Shown piece after piece: positions 18,601 to 42,184 of a stretch of DNA of 64,000 nt (its first letter is position 1; the number at the start of each line of letters is the position of its first letter). The translations under genes were made by a program, and so were the position numbers. Below the pieces are notes generated by a model, which was not told the origin of the DNA, did no database searches, and saw nothing but the letters and a program-made list of their open reading frames with translations. Origin of the DNA: Stylophora pistillata (taxonomy: Eukaryota); contig NW_019218098.1 of the NCBI RefSeq assembly GCF_002571385.2, positions 15,619-79,618 of the forward strand, given 5' to 3'.

Positions 18601-20426
18601 AAGTATGGAACTCTCATAAGATAACAGAAGCAGGGGGGAAAGAGGGGCTGGAGATGAACAACAATGCACCGGTATCCCATCTAAAGGAGGGGGGGCATTT
18701 CTGTTGGTCAGATTCAAGTCTGCAATGACCAATACACATTAAATCCTTGTGAAAGACTTAATATTGACAGAGCAAATGTTTAAAAATGTCTTTTTCAAAA
18801 AGATGTTCAGTTCTGCCTTCAAAGGGGTAAAGGAGATTAGTGTCAAACGGATTAAACCAAGGAAAAGGCTGCATGTTTGCTGAGAGAGGATTAAGCTTGT
18901 AACATTACAATAAAAATAGGATGACACAGTCATAACATGTCAAACAGATTAGAAATAAAACTAACTGTATTAATATTCTGGAGAGAAATGTGTCGATTTT
19001 CAAATATACTCTTGACATGTAGTACTTCTAATTTATCACCCAACGTCTAAACACTGTTGCCCTGTTATGTTTTTCATAAGGAAAAAGATATACGGTGCGT
19101 TTTTAAACCGTGAGACATTAATAGAAAAATTGGCTCCGAGCACCTTCGTTCGGTTCTATTTTCTGAGTTGTGGGGATTACCGGAATAAATAAGACTACTG
19201 TTTAATTTCTTTTTTTTCTTGTTTAAGCGGAAACGTTTGACACAAATTTGATTCCATCGTGTGGTAGAGCACTCAGGGTCATTAAAGGTCTTATCGCCTC
19301 TAATTAAAACAACGACCATACTACAATAATTTCCACATAAATTTTTTTTTTTAAAAATTTGAGGACGAATAGAAACAGAAGAAAAGAATTGTCAAAAGAT
19401 ATTACCCTTATTGAGCAATTTTTATCGCTAGAAAGGTCGATAACCAATATAACAAGCTTCCTATTATTTAAAGATTGCTTATTAAGAGTTACATAACCAT
19501 CGCGCGATTTAACAAACGTAATTCCCATGCAGACTTTAAGAGGCAATTTATCAGAAGTGTTATTCTTTCGATTTTCTGTCTCTCAATGGAATATTTTTTA
19601 CGCGGCCAAAGAATTTGAAAGCTAAGCAAGTTTCGCAACCGTTGATAAATGTTTAATATCGTATATCATGAATAAACAAAAAAGTGATATAGCTACACTG
19701 CAGCCACAGAAATATCGCACAGCGATATTGATCTTGACAACGAATGAATGAGAAAGTATGAAGAACTATATTCAGCACGCTAATTGGGAAGACTTCCAAG
19801 TTTTTCTTTCGTGTGCTGCAAAATTTAAATAAAATGACAAAATAAAATAAAGCACATGTTTCATAGTAGTTTTTTCTACCCTAAATGAAACATCGCGACG
19901 AATAGAAAATGCAAATTCTGAAAAGAAATTTAACGTTCGTATTTTTAACACATCGCGCGCGAAATCTTCAAGAGTACAACCAGAAGAAGCCTCGTGCATG
20001 TCTGTGGAAAAATGCCTCAAGTTTCCGCTCCACTAAATACAAATTATCGCAAGATTGGTGGTGAAATAAATCACAGGAAATAGGCTGGATGTAAATTACC
20101 TGTTGCTCGTGGTCCTCTTCGAAACCTTTCCTCAATTCTTTCAGTGTTGGCCGCGACTTCTTAGCCGTATTCGACTGAGAGTTGTCGTTTCGATAGAACA
20201 CAGTCATGGGGACAGCATCGTGAGTCGCGTAGCCGATTGTATTAGTCGCATCGAGAGAAGAGAGAGGTCGGTTTGGCGTCTCCGAATCAGGAAAAGTCAT
20301 CCTTGGGCTCGAATCTCTTCCTTCGTCCGCATTTTCTTCAGGAAGATCTAACTTCACTTGGTTAACATTAAACCTCAAAGAGGGAGCATCGCTTGATGGT
20401 TCCGTCGACACTGGTTGTTCCTCCAT
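12691..20426 (-). CDS. SLC12A2: Na-K-Cl cotransporter (SLC12A1/2/3 subfamily, NKCC-like), ~1116 aa; exons 20100-20426, 17826-18123, 16787-17505, 16188-16346, 15364-15696, 14322-14613, 12691-13913
   Basis: [90 protein letters not shown] and C-terminal [13 protein letters not shown]-terminal RFNV and [11 protein letters not shown] regulatory motifs. Exon phases sum in frame (3351 nt). The paralog assignment is approximate. Confidence 0.93.
14904..15328. mobile_element. MITE with ~75-bp imperfect TIRs in an NKCC intron
   Basis: tgaattcgtataacccgttc...aagaacaatt at left and aattgttctt...gaacgggttatacgaattca at right. Confidence 0.75.
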
Positions 20427-23422
20427 CGGATTTTCGTGGTCCTCGCCTTGATCTCAACCTTCAGCGTTTTCCGCACTGAAAACTTACTCCCTTGAAGAAA
20501 AAAACATGAGCAAAACAAAACATCTTGTAACCAGCCGGCTAGTTGTATGCTGCAGCTCCAAAACAGAATTTTTTAACGCATGAACAAACCTGCAGGGAGG
20601 AGAGGGTAGGGCAATTATGTCGTATGACGACCTCTGACTTCAAATGCATGAATGCGGGTTTTTCCTGTTTGGTCAAGAATGTTTCTTGAACAATATATGG
20701 TTGCATACCAAGAAAACATGACGTAAAAACTGGTCGGTCGACACAACGAAAAATTTAATAATCTCGTTTTTAAGATGACTATTGGCACCTAGAAAAGATA
20801 AATTTGGAAGTGACATCTTTTGTAACATAAAATCTATCGCTTACGGTGGTCTTACTCACGGGAATCCCACGTGTAGTATATCGTGATATATTTGCTGAAG
20901 TGTTTGCTACCATGCTGAAACAAATAGTTTTCCTCTTTCCCCCCGATCAACAATTCCATTACTTCGGAAACCACAAAAAGTATATAGATAAACGTCTCTT
21001 TGCTAAAAGCTATTGAGTGGAAAACAGTTTCAGTTCTTCAAAAATAAAGTATCTCTCACCTGTATGAACTTAGACCCAACCAACCGCTAAATCACTGACG
21101 ATGCCGCACGATGCACGAGACAGCCGCAGTGAGCTCGATTTTGTTCGATCTACATGGTCATGAACAAGATATTGGACACAGTTCCATTGTTACTAAGGCT
21201 TTGATAATGATTTTGTCTTGTTGAGTGGGCCCTTATCACACCATATATGTAATGAAAGTCAGTATTACGTCTTACGCTCAATCAACCAATACCTGTAAAA
21301 TTGTAGCTGTCTCAGTTTGTGACGTTAAAACACGCAAGCTTAAAGGAAAATTTAAAAAATATCTTGAGGGATTTAAATCTCTTCGTGTCCAAGATTACTT
21401 CCCACAGTTGTTTGCAAGATATTTCAGGTTGTAAAACTTGGCCTGAGAGCTCTGGCCTGAGAGATAGTTAACTAGGTGACGTGGGCGTGCAAATCACGTG
21501 ATCGATTTATCGACCTAAAAGCGTACTTGAAATTCTGATGAGAGGTTGAAAACAGTTATTTAAGTATTTGAATCATTAATAAACAAGGTTAACAGAAATT
21601 TAGCTGGGTTAGGGTCAAACTTAGATCCCTCTTAGCCCTTAGATGTTCAGAGTTCAGAGACGATTAAAAAATGTATTGTGAAACTACATGCATAAGTACG
21701 TGCGAATGTCCTGTAGAGCTGTCCGTCACACAATCTGATTTTAAACGGATTTGAGGGTTTATTTTTTTCAAGTACAAATTTAAAAAGAGTTACGGAATTT
21801 ACTGAGGGAAATATAAAAGGGTTACGTAGTATTGATCACATTAATTAGCTTTAATTGATGCGAAAATTGTAAAAAATTGTTTTGCCGTGGTGATTTAAAA
21901 AATCCAAATCATGACAAACATTTAGAAGATAGATTTGTTCATGTTGTTGATTTTTGTTTGACGAAGTGTGTAATCTTTTCATCAACTATTAATGTCGGGG
22001 TTTTTAAATTCAAATTTCCAGAACATTATGAAATTAATTTTAACTTGTGTATATTGTCACCTGGATCACACTCAGTATCGGAGTGAAATATCGAACGAGG
22101 CCATTCGGGCGCCATATTATTAACCAAGAAGGATCAATGTACAACTGAAGTAATATTGAGTCCGTTTCTTAAGAGTTCAGAGTCCAAAATAAATTAAACC
22201 GGGAAATTAACATCGACAAATTCGAAGATAAACTGCGGTGTCTGTAAATGTCGTAAATGGATTTACGCCTAATCATGCGATCTAAAAATACACTATTAAC
22301 CTCTCCAATGCATTAAAAAGTCGCCAAAGATATAGAGTGTCTGATCGACTAGGGTTATGTAAGTACATCCGTTTGGTGGCTTAAGCGTTTTAATTTACCT
22401 CAGTCACAATTGCCAGCTGAATAACAAAATAGTTTCGATGACGTCACAGCCGGCTTCTTGATATTGTCACGAAACACTTACCCCACTGATCGGTGAGGAG
22501 AGGGGATGGGAGGGCTGGGTACTTGCTTGATTAACAAACCAAGACATTTGCAGCAGAGAGCACGCGGCAAACAAAATATCTCATCGGCAGAATAATGGTC
22601 CTGCACGTGCAACCTGAAACTTTGTACCTTTCGTAACCGTTTTCCACAAACAACGTAAAATCACTTCTTGTATGTTTATGCAACAAAGCTAGCCCTGCTT
22701 CAGTTTTTCCCCTTTACTTATTTCCAGTTGCAATTGAAACCGTACGTCGCATATCAGATATTCAGAATTAAATTTCGTCGCCGCATAATTAAATAGCTAA
22801 ACAGCTACACTTCAATTACTTCACGCAATTCCGTTAAGTCTCTCCTGTGCCTAGGTACAATTATATTACCGCGTGGAAACTGGGGGCTAGGAAATTTCGA
22901 CAGTTGATGTATGGTGAAGTATTTCATTTTTTTTTTTTTTACCTATTTTCATTTTTTCCTCATATCTCACATTAGATAACATGATTGAACATGAGTGAAT
23001 TTCCAATTTCCAATATTAGGTATCACAGTCGGGTACCCGAAAGACTAGAAATAATATATATCTAGAAGAGGAAAATAAGAAAACGCGCCACGTAATACAT
23101 TTTTTAAAATTTTTATTCGATGAAGATCCGCGTTACCCGTTCATCAATCTAGTAAGTTAGATCTTATTTTCTTTCTTAGAGGCAAAGCTCCAAACGTGTG
23201 ATCTCTAACGGACACATCGGTTGAGGGAATCTGCTGGCAAAAACGAGTGCAGGCAAAAACTGAGTATGTTATGAGGCTGTTTGGAAATGCATGTGCTCAC
23301 CACAGCAGACATCTATGATACTAGTCGGAACTTTGCAGCGGAGAATAAGGAAACAAACATCAATCTATCAAAAATGAATTTTTTTTTCTTGACAGCAGAG
23401 TATACACGTTTTCATTTACAGA

Positions 23423-33073
<9,651 letters not shown>

Positions 33074-33484
33074 ATTGAAGATGTACCTTTGCGCTGCTTA
33101 ACCTTTGAATTGAACTCTCAGAGAGATATGCCACAACTTCCCTTCAGTTCGTTTCAGCTCTTTTTAAAAGCGTTTGGAATAGCCTGTGGATATTATTTCG
33201 CATTAGTAGGAATATAGAATGAAAATTAAACTGATTTAGCCAATCACAGAACAGAAAGAAATGCGACTTCCCATTTCTGATTGAATTTTTCGACGTGTAG
33301 ATACGTGCGGTGGCATGGTTCAAGTGACCAGTGGCAGCAGCTAGAGCATCATTAATGATATGTAATCACTCAGGAAGAAAATTCATTTTTCATCTGAGTG
33401 AAAAGTGAACGTCTGAGACATTTTATGGAGTTTACATGACGACATTTCATTCTACCAGGCCTCGAGAGTGGGGAATCACCAAAG
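33074..33484. promoter_or_regulatory. Putative bidirectional promoter for alpha-tubulin and HSD17B8
   Basis: The two ATGs are 411 bp apart on opposite strands. CCAAT box at ~33240; YY1-like AAGATGGCGGC overlaps the HSD17B8 start. Confidence 0.55.
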
Positions 33485-36400
33485 ATGGCGGCCGCTGCGA
33501 ACCTTCTTGTTGGTCGTTTAGCCTTAGTTACTGGTAAGATTAATCACTATGTTCAGCCTTTTTAATGGTATATGGGCTATAGAAATACTAACGAAAAGAA
33601 GGATGCATTTGAAGGGATTGGGAGAGCTTGACTTTTAGACTTTCATGTTCTTACCTCTACGCTCTCCGTCGGAAAACTGATCGCTAATCAAAATGTACGT
33701 GATTACAAGAAGAACCAATCCAGGAAAACAGAAAATGTTTGAAGAAATTGCATAGCGAAGTAAGACACAAACACACGCACACTAAGGAAAACGTTTAACA
33801 AAGTACAGTCATAAGGGGAAGGAGAAGAAAGCCCAAGGTAAAATTAAAGATCAAAAAGTCATATTAAAGATGAAACAATTTTTAGTGTAATAGAAAAAAT
33901 CCGAGTACCATCTGGGGCTCGGATTTTTTCTAAAAGTCATATTAGTGATAAAAAGTCATCAGTGATTTTGATCAATATGCTAGGTGGTGGTAGTGGCATT
34001 GGTCGAGCAGTTTGCCAAGCTTTAGCCGCAGAAGGAGCAAGTATTGTTGTTACAGATCTAAACAGTCAAGGAGCACAGGACACTACCGACAACCTTTCAA
34101 AACATGCAGACAACAAACACATGAACTACTCTTTGGATGTTTCAAGCGGAGAGGAGGTACAAAAAGTGCTTGAGTGCATCGTCAGTGAGTTTAAGAAGCC
34201 GCCGTGTATCTTAGTCAACTCAGCTGGGATCACAAAAGATGAATTCTTGATAAAGATGGATGAAAAAAAGTTTGACAAAGTTATTGAAGTGAATCTCAAG
34301 GTAAGAATGAATGATATTTTTTATCAGTAAAAGTTAAAAAAACACCAGATGCAGGAGTATTAGGAGTGACCTTTAACTCCCACGATCTGATTATGAATTC
34401 TCCCCTCTAGCTGCTACACATTTGTAAAGGGTTACGAGAATTTGGTGTTCAATCAAGGTAACAACTTCTACCTGATAAGTTTGAGTTTTCTCGTTACCTG
34501 TTTGCTGGATCTTGTATGGATATTATAGGGAGAAGTTACAGGTTAATCACCTCTGGGAGTTAAAGGGTCAAGTGTTATTGACCAGGATGAATAACTACAA
34601 CCTAGTTTACGATATTAGTAGTATGTTATGGGTAATTGTATCTAAGGAATAATTAGTACTGACTTATGTTTTTTGTATTTCTTTAATCCAGGGAACATTT
34701 CTTGTCACACAAGCAGTAGCTAAACTAATGGTCAGTCAAAGAGTTATGAATGGATCAATTGTAAATCTTGCCAGCATATCAGGAAAGGTATATTTTATTT
34801 ACAAAACCAGTCAATTACTGTGCTCTGATCAAAGCTATAAATAAGTATCAGGGTATCAGGATGAGAATCCTGGAAAAGTACAGGATGATTTTCAGTTTAT
34901 TATCAACTAAAGCTTTTAGTTTCAAACACCACATTAAAAAATGTTGGCAATCCAGAGTATCTATCTTGTGAGAATCATGGCCATTTAAGCTTGTGTAGCC
35001 ATTTTAATGCAGAGAGACATACATTGAGTGACAGTTCTTTTTTTTTTCTAAGTACATTAAAGATTTGAATGAGCAGAAGACATAAAATATGAATTAAACA
35101 AGATGCCTGGAGGCATCAAGGAGGGATGTGTTGGTTATTATCTGCTGTCACTTTGATTGTACATTTGAAAATGATAAATTTAATGCAGACTCTTCAAAGT
35201 ACAAGAACAAAATTGTAAATTAAAGACATAAAAAGAAAAGGTTAACATACAGCAGGGTATTATATGCAGTCACCCATCTAAGTTGTAATGACAACTTAGA
35301 TGGGTGACACAACCCACAATTCCTCTATTTGCTCCGATGAAGGGCTAACGCTCAAAAACGTCAGCTTTTATAATCATAACGGTGGCCAATTTACCATTTC
35401 AACTTTGTTGATTTATTCAAATTATTAAGTTGTAATGACTTTGATGATACTCAAGCAAATTTCTAAATTGATCTGCCACAGCCATCTCAGGTAAAAAAGC
35501 AAAGGATGCAATCTTGTTTGATTGTGAGAAACCTTAGGCTGCTTTACTTCCAAGTAATGTATTATTTGCTCATTTCATTCAAACATGACAAAAACATAGG
35601 CAATTTTTTGGTCAGAAGTTCTTTTCAGACTAATGACCAACCAGGCACTTTTAAATACACTCATGCACAATGCAAAACGTGTGCTTTCATTCACAACACT
35701 GATAAAATATCGGGACCTAAATGATCCATTAAGATCACTGATCACTTCACGTGCACCTCTGCCAATGTAATCTATTGCATAACTTGCACTTATTGCAAAA
35801 AGATATACATCGACGAAACAGGCAGAAGACTAGGTGACCGATTCCGAGAACACCTTCGAAACGTGGAAAGGAATGACTAGGACACATCGAAACCAGTCGC
35901 TAGAATTTTCATTTACCTAATCATTCTAAGCAACATATGGCAATCTGCGGTCTTTCCTTACACTTAGGTAGCACGGAAAGCCGTAAAAATCTTGAACAAA
36001 AGCTCATCTTTCAAACTGGCAGTCTAAATCCCTCAGGGATCAATGAACGCTTTTCATTCTACTAATTTATTCTTGTTTTTCTCGTTGCCATGTTCCCACC
36101 AATAACGTAGTTCCATTTCCTGCCTTTAAAAGCACACACAACCCACAATTCCTCTATTTGCTCAGACAAAGGGCTAACGCTCGAAACGTCAGCTTTTGTA
36201 ATCGTTACGGTGGCCAATTTACCACTTCAACTTTGTTGATATATCCAAATTATTTCGTTACTCCCACCGACGCAGCCCCAAACAGTTTCTTTCGAAACTA
36301 TCAGCCTTTATTCTAATGTATTATTCTGTTGTCTACATACCAGATGGGAAATCTTGGTCAAGTAAACTATGCTGCTTCCAAAGCTGGCGTTGAAGGTTTG

Positions 36401-38727
36401 ACAAGGACCTGTGCAAGGGAGCTGGCAAGGTAGTTGTGTTTGTGTGACATGAATTTCTGCAAGAGAGAGATTTGAAGACTAAGTTGGTTAAGTTTTTTGC
36501 CCAGATCTCTTCATAGCCATTTTCTGGGCTTATTGTGCAACATGTTCTCTGTGGGGGAAGGCATGAGGTAACGTATGTGAGACAGTAGTAAGCAACAGCT
36601 GTAAAGGAGACTGGACTACAGAAGTCCAGGTTTTAGTTCTGGGTGGGTCATTGTGCCCTCAGGCAAGGTACTTTGTCCTCACTGTTCCTTTTTTCCAATG
36701 TTATGCATGGGTACAGGGAACAGAGAATCAGAGAAATTTGCTGGAGGGTGGTGACCTGGGGTACACATACTTTCCATGAGGTGCATGAACACTTTCACTC
36801 TCTTTACGCTACAGAAACTAGGGTGAGTTCAGATAGGTATGGGCCATCAGACTGCAGTTGTTTGAAAGGTGGATAACACTACTGGATAAATCTCTATCTG
36901 TTGGATAGTGCAGTATGTTTTGTTAACACCAGGATTTGTATGGGTCCTAGAAAATCTGGAAAGTCCTGGAATTTTATTTTGACATTTTCCAGGACTGGAA
37001 AGTCCTGGAATTTTATTTTGACATTTTCCAGGATTGGAGAGTCCTGGAAATTTGCTTAAATCAAGCAATAAAGTGTTCAGAATTTATGTAACTTATAAGA
37101 ATTGTGTAAAGACTGCAAGGAGGAGAATTGAGTTTGAAGTCTTGGGAATGAAAGAGATGAAGGTCAAATTTGGAGCCATGGAAAAATCAATCAGAGCCTG
37201 GAAAAGTCCTTGAATTTTTTTTCTGAGAAAGGGTAGAAACCCTGTAACACTTATCCACTGGCTAGAGAATTATCTGTCAAATAGTGTTGTCCAAACTCTG
37301 AACAACTGGGCCCAGGTGTGTGGAATAGAAGCTTGATATACTGGTTGAACCCTAACCTTTACACTCTGAGTATTGTTAGCAGCCACTTTGATTTTGTGAC
37401 GGCAGATTTGGTGTTAGATGTAATGCAATTCTGCCTGGCTTCATTAAAACCCCAATGACAGATGCTGTCCCGGAAAAAGTTCTTGAACAGGTAAGAAAAC
37501 AGAAACATAAACATTTAAAACAATGCAACCACTAATCACTCAACGTTTTCCAACTTACTTTCTGGGAACTCTGTATTTCTTTCCCTAATAGTAGGGTTAA
37601 CACTTTTCTTGATATGTACCTTAAATCCTAAAGATGATGTGATTAGGACCAATTTCCACTTTATTATGTAGATCTTGCAATAAGAACATGATTGCTAGTG
37701 AGGCAGATCTGTCCCACATGCTTAGCTCGTCTTGAGCTCTCTCTCTCTTGCTTGTGCACTTGAATTCACGCTTGGGTTTGCCTGTTGAATTGCCCATCCA
37801 AACAATAAATTTGCTATATGTATGTTGGTGTTTGTGTTTTGATAGGTAAAGAAACAGATCCCTCTTGGGCGATTTGGACAACCATCAGGTAAGATCTCGA
37901 ATGAAAACAGGCATGAAGATTCAGAAGATGCTCTTTTAGCCTGCCTCACATATTCTGTAAGTAAAAAACAAAGTGCGATATTAGCGAGGAGTTAAACAAA
38001 ACGAGGAGGGTTGGGCCGAGACTCGACCCAAATGTCCTTTGTTTTCACTCTGCCACTATTTCCACTTTACTAATTCGTACGGATTTCGCACCTATTTACT
38101 TGCCAAACACTTTAAACAGTTAAATGTTCTTTGTGCAACAAAAACTTCTTGTAATGAGGAAGAGACCGATTACGAGTTAAACCTACACAGGTTAACGTTC
38201 AAACTTATGATTTAATGTCAGTTTTCAATCATTTATGTCGGTTTTTGTAAAGGTCAAGTGGACTTTTTTCTTCTAGAAGATATTTTTTTGATGTTACGCT
38301 GCATAATACTAACTTTGCTAATTTACACTTTTTTAGACATCGCTGATGTGGTAACATTCCTCGCTTCTGACAGAAGTAGTTACATTACGGGAGCAAGCAT
38401 TGAAGTTGCAGGTAATTCTTCCCTGTAAAATGATTTGTCATTGACCTATCCAAAGTAAACACATCAAAAGTGAAAAGAAAAATTTGGGAACGCAATCTTT
38501 CAAAAAAGAAAAAAAAAGTGGGTTCGAAATATACTCAGGTATACTACTTAGCCGTTTTGAGAGGTTTATGATGACCAATGTTTTGATAATGTATCGCGCA
38601 TTATTACGGACAAGATATCCCTTGCTTACATGTACATGTATGTAATCAGTAATTACTGTTATATTAAACTCTACCTGAAGAACATTTTTTATCGTTTTGT
38701 CTTCTCTTAGGTGGCCTTGCTATGTAA
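33485..38727 (+). CDS. HSD17B8: Short-chain dehydrogenase HSD17B8 (3R-hydroxyacyl-CoA dehydrogenase/FabG-like), 255 aa; exons 33485-33533, 33984-34300, 34692-34787, 36344-36429, 37406-37490, 37846-37888, 38337-38411, 38711-38727
   Basis: [54 protein letters not shown] (YxxxK), [28 protein letters not shown]. Total 768 nt in frame. Confidence 0.92.
35307..36310 (+). mobile_element. Decayed Penelope-like element (GIY-YIG 3' end flanked by partial pLTR copies)
   Basis: Broken frame CKTCAFIH...[36 protein letters not shown]...GINERFSF. Direct pLTR copies at ~35307-35426 and ~36135-36253 carry degenerate hammerhead cores. Confidence 0.85.
36930..37244. mobile_element. Short TIR element (MITE) nested in another repeat
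   Basis: Ends caggatttgta / tagaaaccctg, flanking TAACAC duplication, and an internal tandem ~39-bp unit (ctggaaagtcctggaattttattttgacattttccagga). Confidence 0.6.
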
Positions 38728-39224
38728 TTACATGCAGTTTGCCGTTAGACGGCTTCTCAAGACTGGGCGTATGACATAAAGATAGATCAGTTGAAGGAAA
38801 TTTCACACTGATAATTTATACTTGTAATGCAATTGATAACTATATGATTACATTTAAAACTTTTAAGTTGTTACTATGATAATCCTTTATTTAAAAAAAT
38901 TGTTTTTCTGCGTGGACAGCGGGTTGAAGGGTAAATTTTATTCAATAAAACGGAATGTTGGTTTGTAAAAAGTTCCAACCATCGATAAGGTGGTTGGAAA
39001 AATTGGCAGCCTACAGAGAAGAGTGGGAGAACTTAATTATACCTCAGACACCCGTGAACAAAGCAATTTATAATGATGAATTTATTTTAATCTTTCGCGC
39101 ATCCACCTCCATGGGTGATAACAATATCAAATTGAAGTTGATTCTTCAAAGATGAGTACCTTTCGAGCCTTTTTTGCACAGGTTGATTATGACCTGTTAA
39201 CGGACCAAAATCTGTTTACAGAGA

Positions 39225-40190
39225 TCAGCTTTCTTTGCAGAAAATTCTCTTGAGTATTTGTCGGGCTTCTCTTTGTATATCTCTTGTTCGCCACAAGTAA
39301 AGAAGCGGATTAAGAGAGGAGGATAAAAATGCGGCCACAACCGTTACCTGAAGAACTGCGTATATTGTTATGCTGAAGTCATTCTTGGGAGGGATTGAAA
39401 TAATCATAAAAAGAATAGCCATGGGCAAGTAACTGAAATAAAACACAAGCAAAACCAATAAAATAGAAGAGACTGATCTCCTGTACTTCAGAAAGTCAAT
39501 TGCTGGTCGAGCAGAGTTCTGTTGCAAACTGATTTGGTTTTGATGGTGACGAATTATTTTGAAAACTTTGAAATAAGCTATTGAAGTGACGAACAAACAA
39601 AACAAAATGAAGGAAAAATACGAAATAAAATATGCAAGTGTTATTTTCAATCGAAAAAAGCAGACGACCACAGACAATGGCAATAGTGATAGAACAGCAA
39701 CTCCTTTGCAGGCTCGACGTACAGTCACAAAAGATTGCCGGCTCATCTGCAGCCAGCGTTCGATCGCCATGACTGTGATGAGAAGAATGGTTAATGCAAA
39801 GAAGTACTCCAAGAATCCATCGCCGATAACTTTTGTTATCAAATAATACGTTGGCCATCTCTCATTTATCACGTAATGATGTCTGCTGTAATTGGTCAGC
39901 GAAGGATCCTTCATTACCAATAACAGATTTGTGACATAAAAAGGTTCTGTGATGAATCCGTTGCAAAAGTCAGTGAAAGCCAGTCCAGCGAGTAGAACGT
40001 AACACGGTGTTCTACGGAGCGAAGGGTTTTTCCAAATCGCTGCCAAGACCAGACCATTCCCTATTACGGCCACGGGTGACATGACAATGATAGCGATGGC
40101 AGTTGACAAAACCACCTTAAAGAAAATGCTATCATTTATCTCATCATTGTTGTTAGACTGGGAGCGCAACAAATTTGAGCCATTCGACAT
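39225..40190 (-). CDS. Intronless rhodopsin-class GPCR (adenosine/melanocortin-like cnidarian type), ~321 aa
   Basis: GN in TM1, LAFTD in TM2, MAIERW (DRY variant), YLP in TM6, LNPLLY (NPxxY). N-terminal NGS/NDS sequons after Met at 40190. The longer ORF start lies in repeat DNA. Confidence 0.88.
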   Translation of the reverse strand: MSNGSNLLRSQSNNNDEINDSIFFKVVLSTAIAIIVMSPVAVIGNGLVLAAIWKNPSLRRTPCYVLLAGLAFTDFCNGFITEPFYVTNLLLVMKDPSLTNYSRHHYVINERWPTYYLITKVIGDGFLEYFFALTILLITVMAIERWLQMSRQSFVTVRRACKGVAVLSLLPLSVVVCFFRLKITLAYFISYFSFILFCLFVTSIAYFKVFKIIRHHQNQISLQQNSARPAIDFLKYRRSVSSILLVLLVFYFSYLPMAILFMIISIPPKNDFSITIYAVLQVTVVAAFLSSSLNPLLYLWRTRDIQREARQILKRIFCKES

Positions 40191-40222
40191 ATTGACAATG
40201 TTTTCAAACAACAACAAACATA

Positions 40223-40322
40223 TGAAACATATGTGTGAACTGCGGTTATGAGACGTATATGAGCACGATCCTTCGCAGTAAAGCACTATTTGAGCAATAG
40301 TGAAAATCAGACCTGAAAAAAA
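40223..40322 (-). repeat. 3' fragment of the tRNA-core repeat (full copy at 61268-61513); marks the duplication donor boundary
   Basis: gaactgcgg...gcacgatcc..cgcagt...ctattt..gcaatag.gaaaatcagacctgaaaaaa aligns with 61283-61372. Confidence 0.8.
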
Positions 40323-42184
40323 TGTTTTGACAATGTTTTGCGAGTCTGTTTGTTTCTTAAAACTCAAAACGTTCTGAAACTTGCCCTAAGGAACCTAACC
40401 TTGGGAGGAAATATGTCTTACTATGGCACGGATTAATAATGCATAGATGCTTTATCACGTGATGCAATTTTCTCCTTTGGAAATGAATCTTAAACAAAAG
40501 GACTAATTTTGAGGAAATCATTTCTTTTATAGATGTAATTAATATGACTTTTAATTAAAATTTAAAATATCGTGCTGTTTGGATTTTATTCGAAAAGAAA
40601 TTAATTACTCTTTTTCACAGCTTCACAAAGAAATCTAGAAGGTTCAATATAAACACAAAACTTGTGTACACACCTATGTTGGCAATCTTTCGTATGCAAA
40701 ACCAGTTTTGAATAAATCGATTTTTTTATAGTAAACATAATTAAGAATTTTGATTGGAAATGTAAACTTGTTCGAATAATGAACTTTTTTAATAAACTTT
40801 TAAGAAAGTCCCTCGCTTACGTCCTCGTGACCCATTGTTCCAAAAATAGCTCTGTTTACTGAGCTAATGGTTCACAGGTTGCAAACTTTGCGAACTGTAG
40901 CTGAAGGAAGGTGTTGCCAAATAATCACTCCCAAAATGCTAATGAAACCCAGAGAACCTTTATTAAATTAAGCAAAAACAACGCATTACGCAAAACCTTG
41001 TCGATAGTGACGAGTATCGTGTAAAGTTACTAATCCTTTCTTGAGTAAACACGTGAGGCCGACTGGGAAATCGTTTTTCTAAAAATTAAAAAAAAAAAAT
41101 TAAAAAAAAATTAAAATTAAAAAAAAAAAATTAAAAAAAAAAATTATTGTAACTGAACATGAACCATCTTTTTACACTTGGGTAAAATCAGGCGCAAGAG
41201 GTACTAAACAGCGTTTGGGTAACTGTTTCCTGGCAGAAACTGGCCTTTAATCAGTGAACTATCAAAAAGAAAAAGAAAAGAAACAAAAGTAAACTTCTTC
41301 ACTATATAGCTAGTCGAAACTGTGAGAAATAATTTTGAGAGCAGCTGTGAGAAATAATTTTGTTGATTATTTCAAAAAATAAATTATTTCAAAAGTTATT
41401 AAATTGATTTATTTAAAATTAAATTATTTAAAAAAATAAGGCCGAGTGAATAATGTTCTTGTATAATTTAGTTCCATTTGCAGGATAAAAGTCATTTTCA
41501 AAATAAGGCTTTGGGTATCGCGGAAATGGCCCATCAGAATCAACCTCAAGACAAGCTCGTATATAATAACAGTTTTCTTTACAGTAAGGGAGCACTGCAG
41601 TGTTTCAAGCCATGACTGTTTTGGTAATTATGGCGAGTAGGGAAAAATTAGGGGACTAACTTTGCGGCAGAAGGCGCAAATTTAGCGACCTGCGTTTGGC
41701 AGTCACAGAGCAAGGAAAACCGTTCCTGTCATATTATTACGGTCTATCCCTTTACCTCCAAAGGGTGACAAAGAAAGAATTTCCCTTTCAAATACCGATA
41801 CAATACCAGGCTGACAAGCAATGAGACTAAAGAAAACTTGATCCGACACCAAATTATCTGAAGTAACATCAAAGGAATTGTATCGCAAAAGGTAGGAAGA
41901 ATTACTTAAAGAACTCGGGGAGTAAAAATCAACGATGCAGTAATGTGTTACATGGGAATGGTACCAATTAATGAATGGAACCAGGGCTGCAGCATAATAT
42001 GCAGAGGGGGATCAAGCGAGAGCCTTCATTGCTGAAATAAATTTTAATTGCAAAGAAAATTACAAGTACGTCTTTGAAGCAAACGTTTCGGAAGAAACTC
42101 TCCTTTGGTCATACTTTTCCATTCCATTCCGATTGGTTTCAAGTTTCAGTAATTTTTTGAAAAGCTATTCGTTCGTGTAATATC

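Noticed and set aside
40191-40367. N-terminal extension of the 380-aa GPCR ORF
   Set aside because: It starts at a non-ATG codon and runs through the repeat fragment also present at 26697-26809; the plausible start is Met at 40190.
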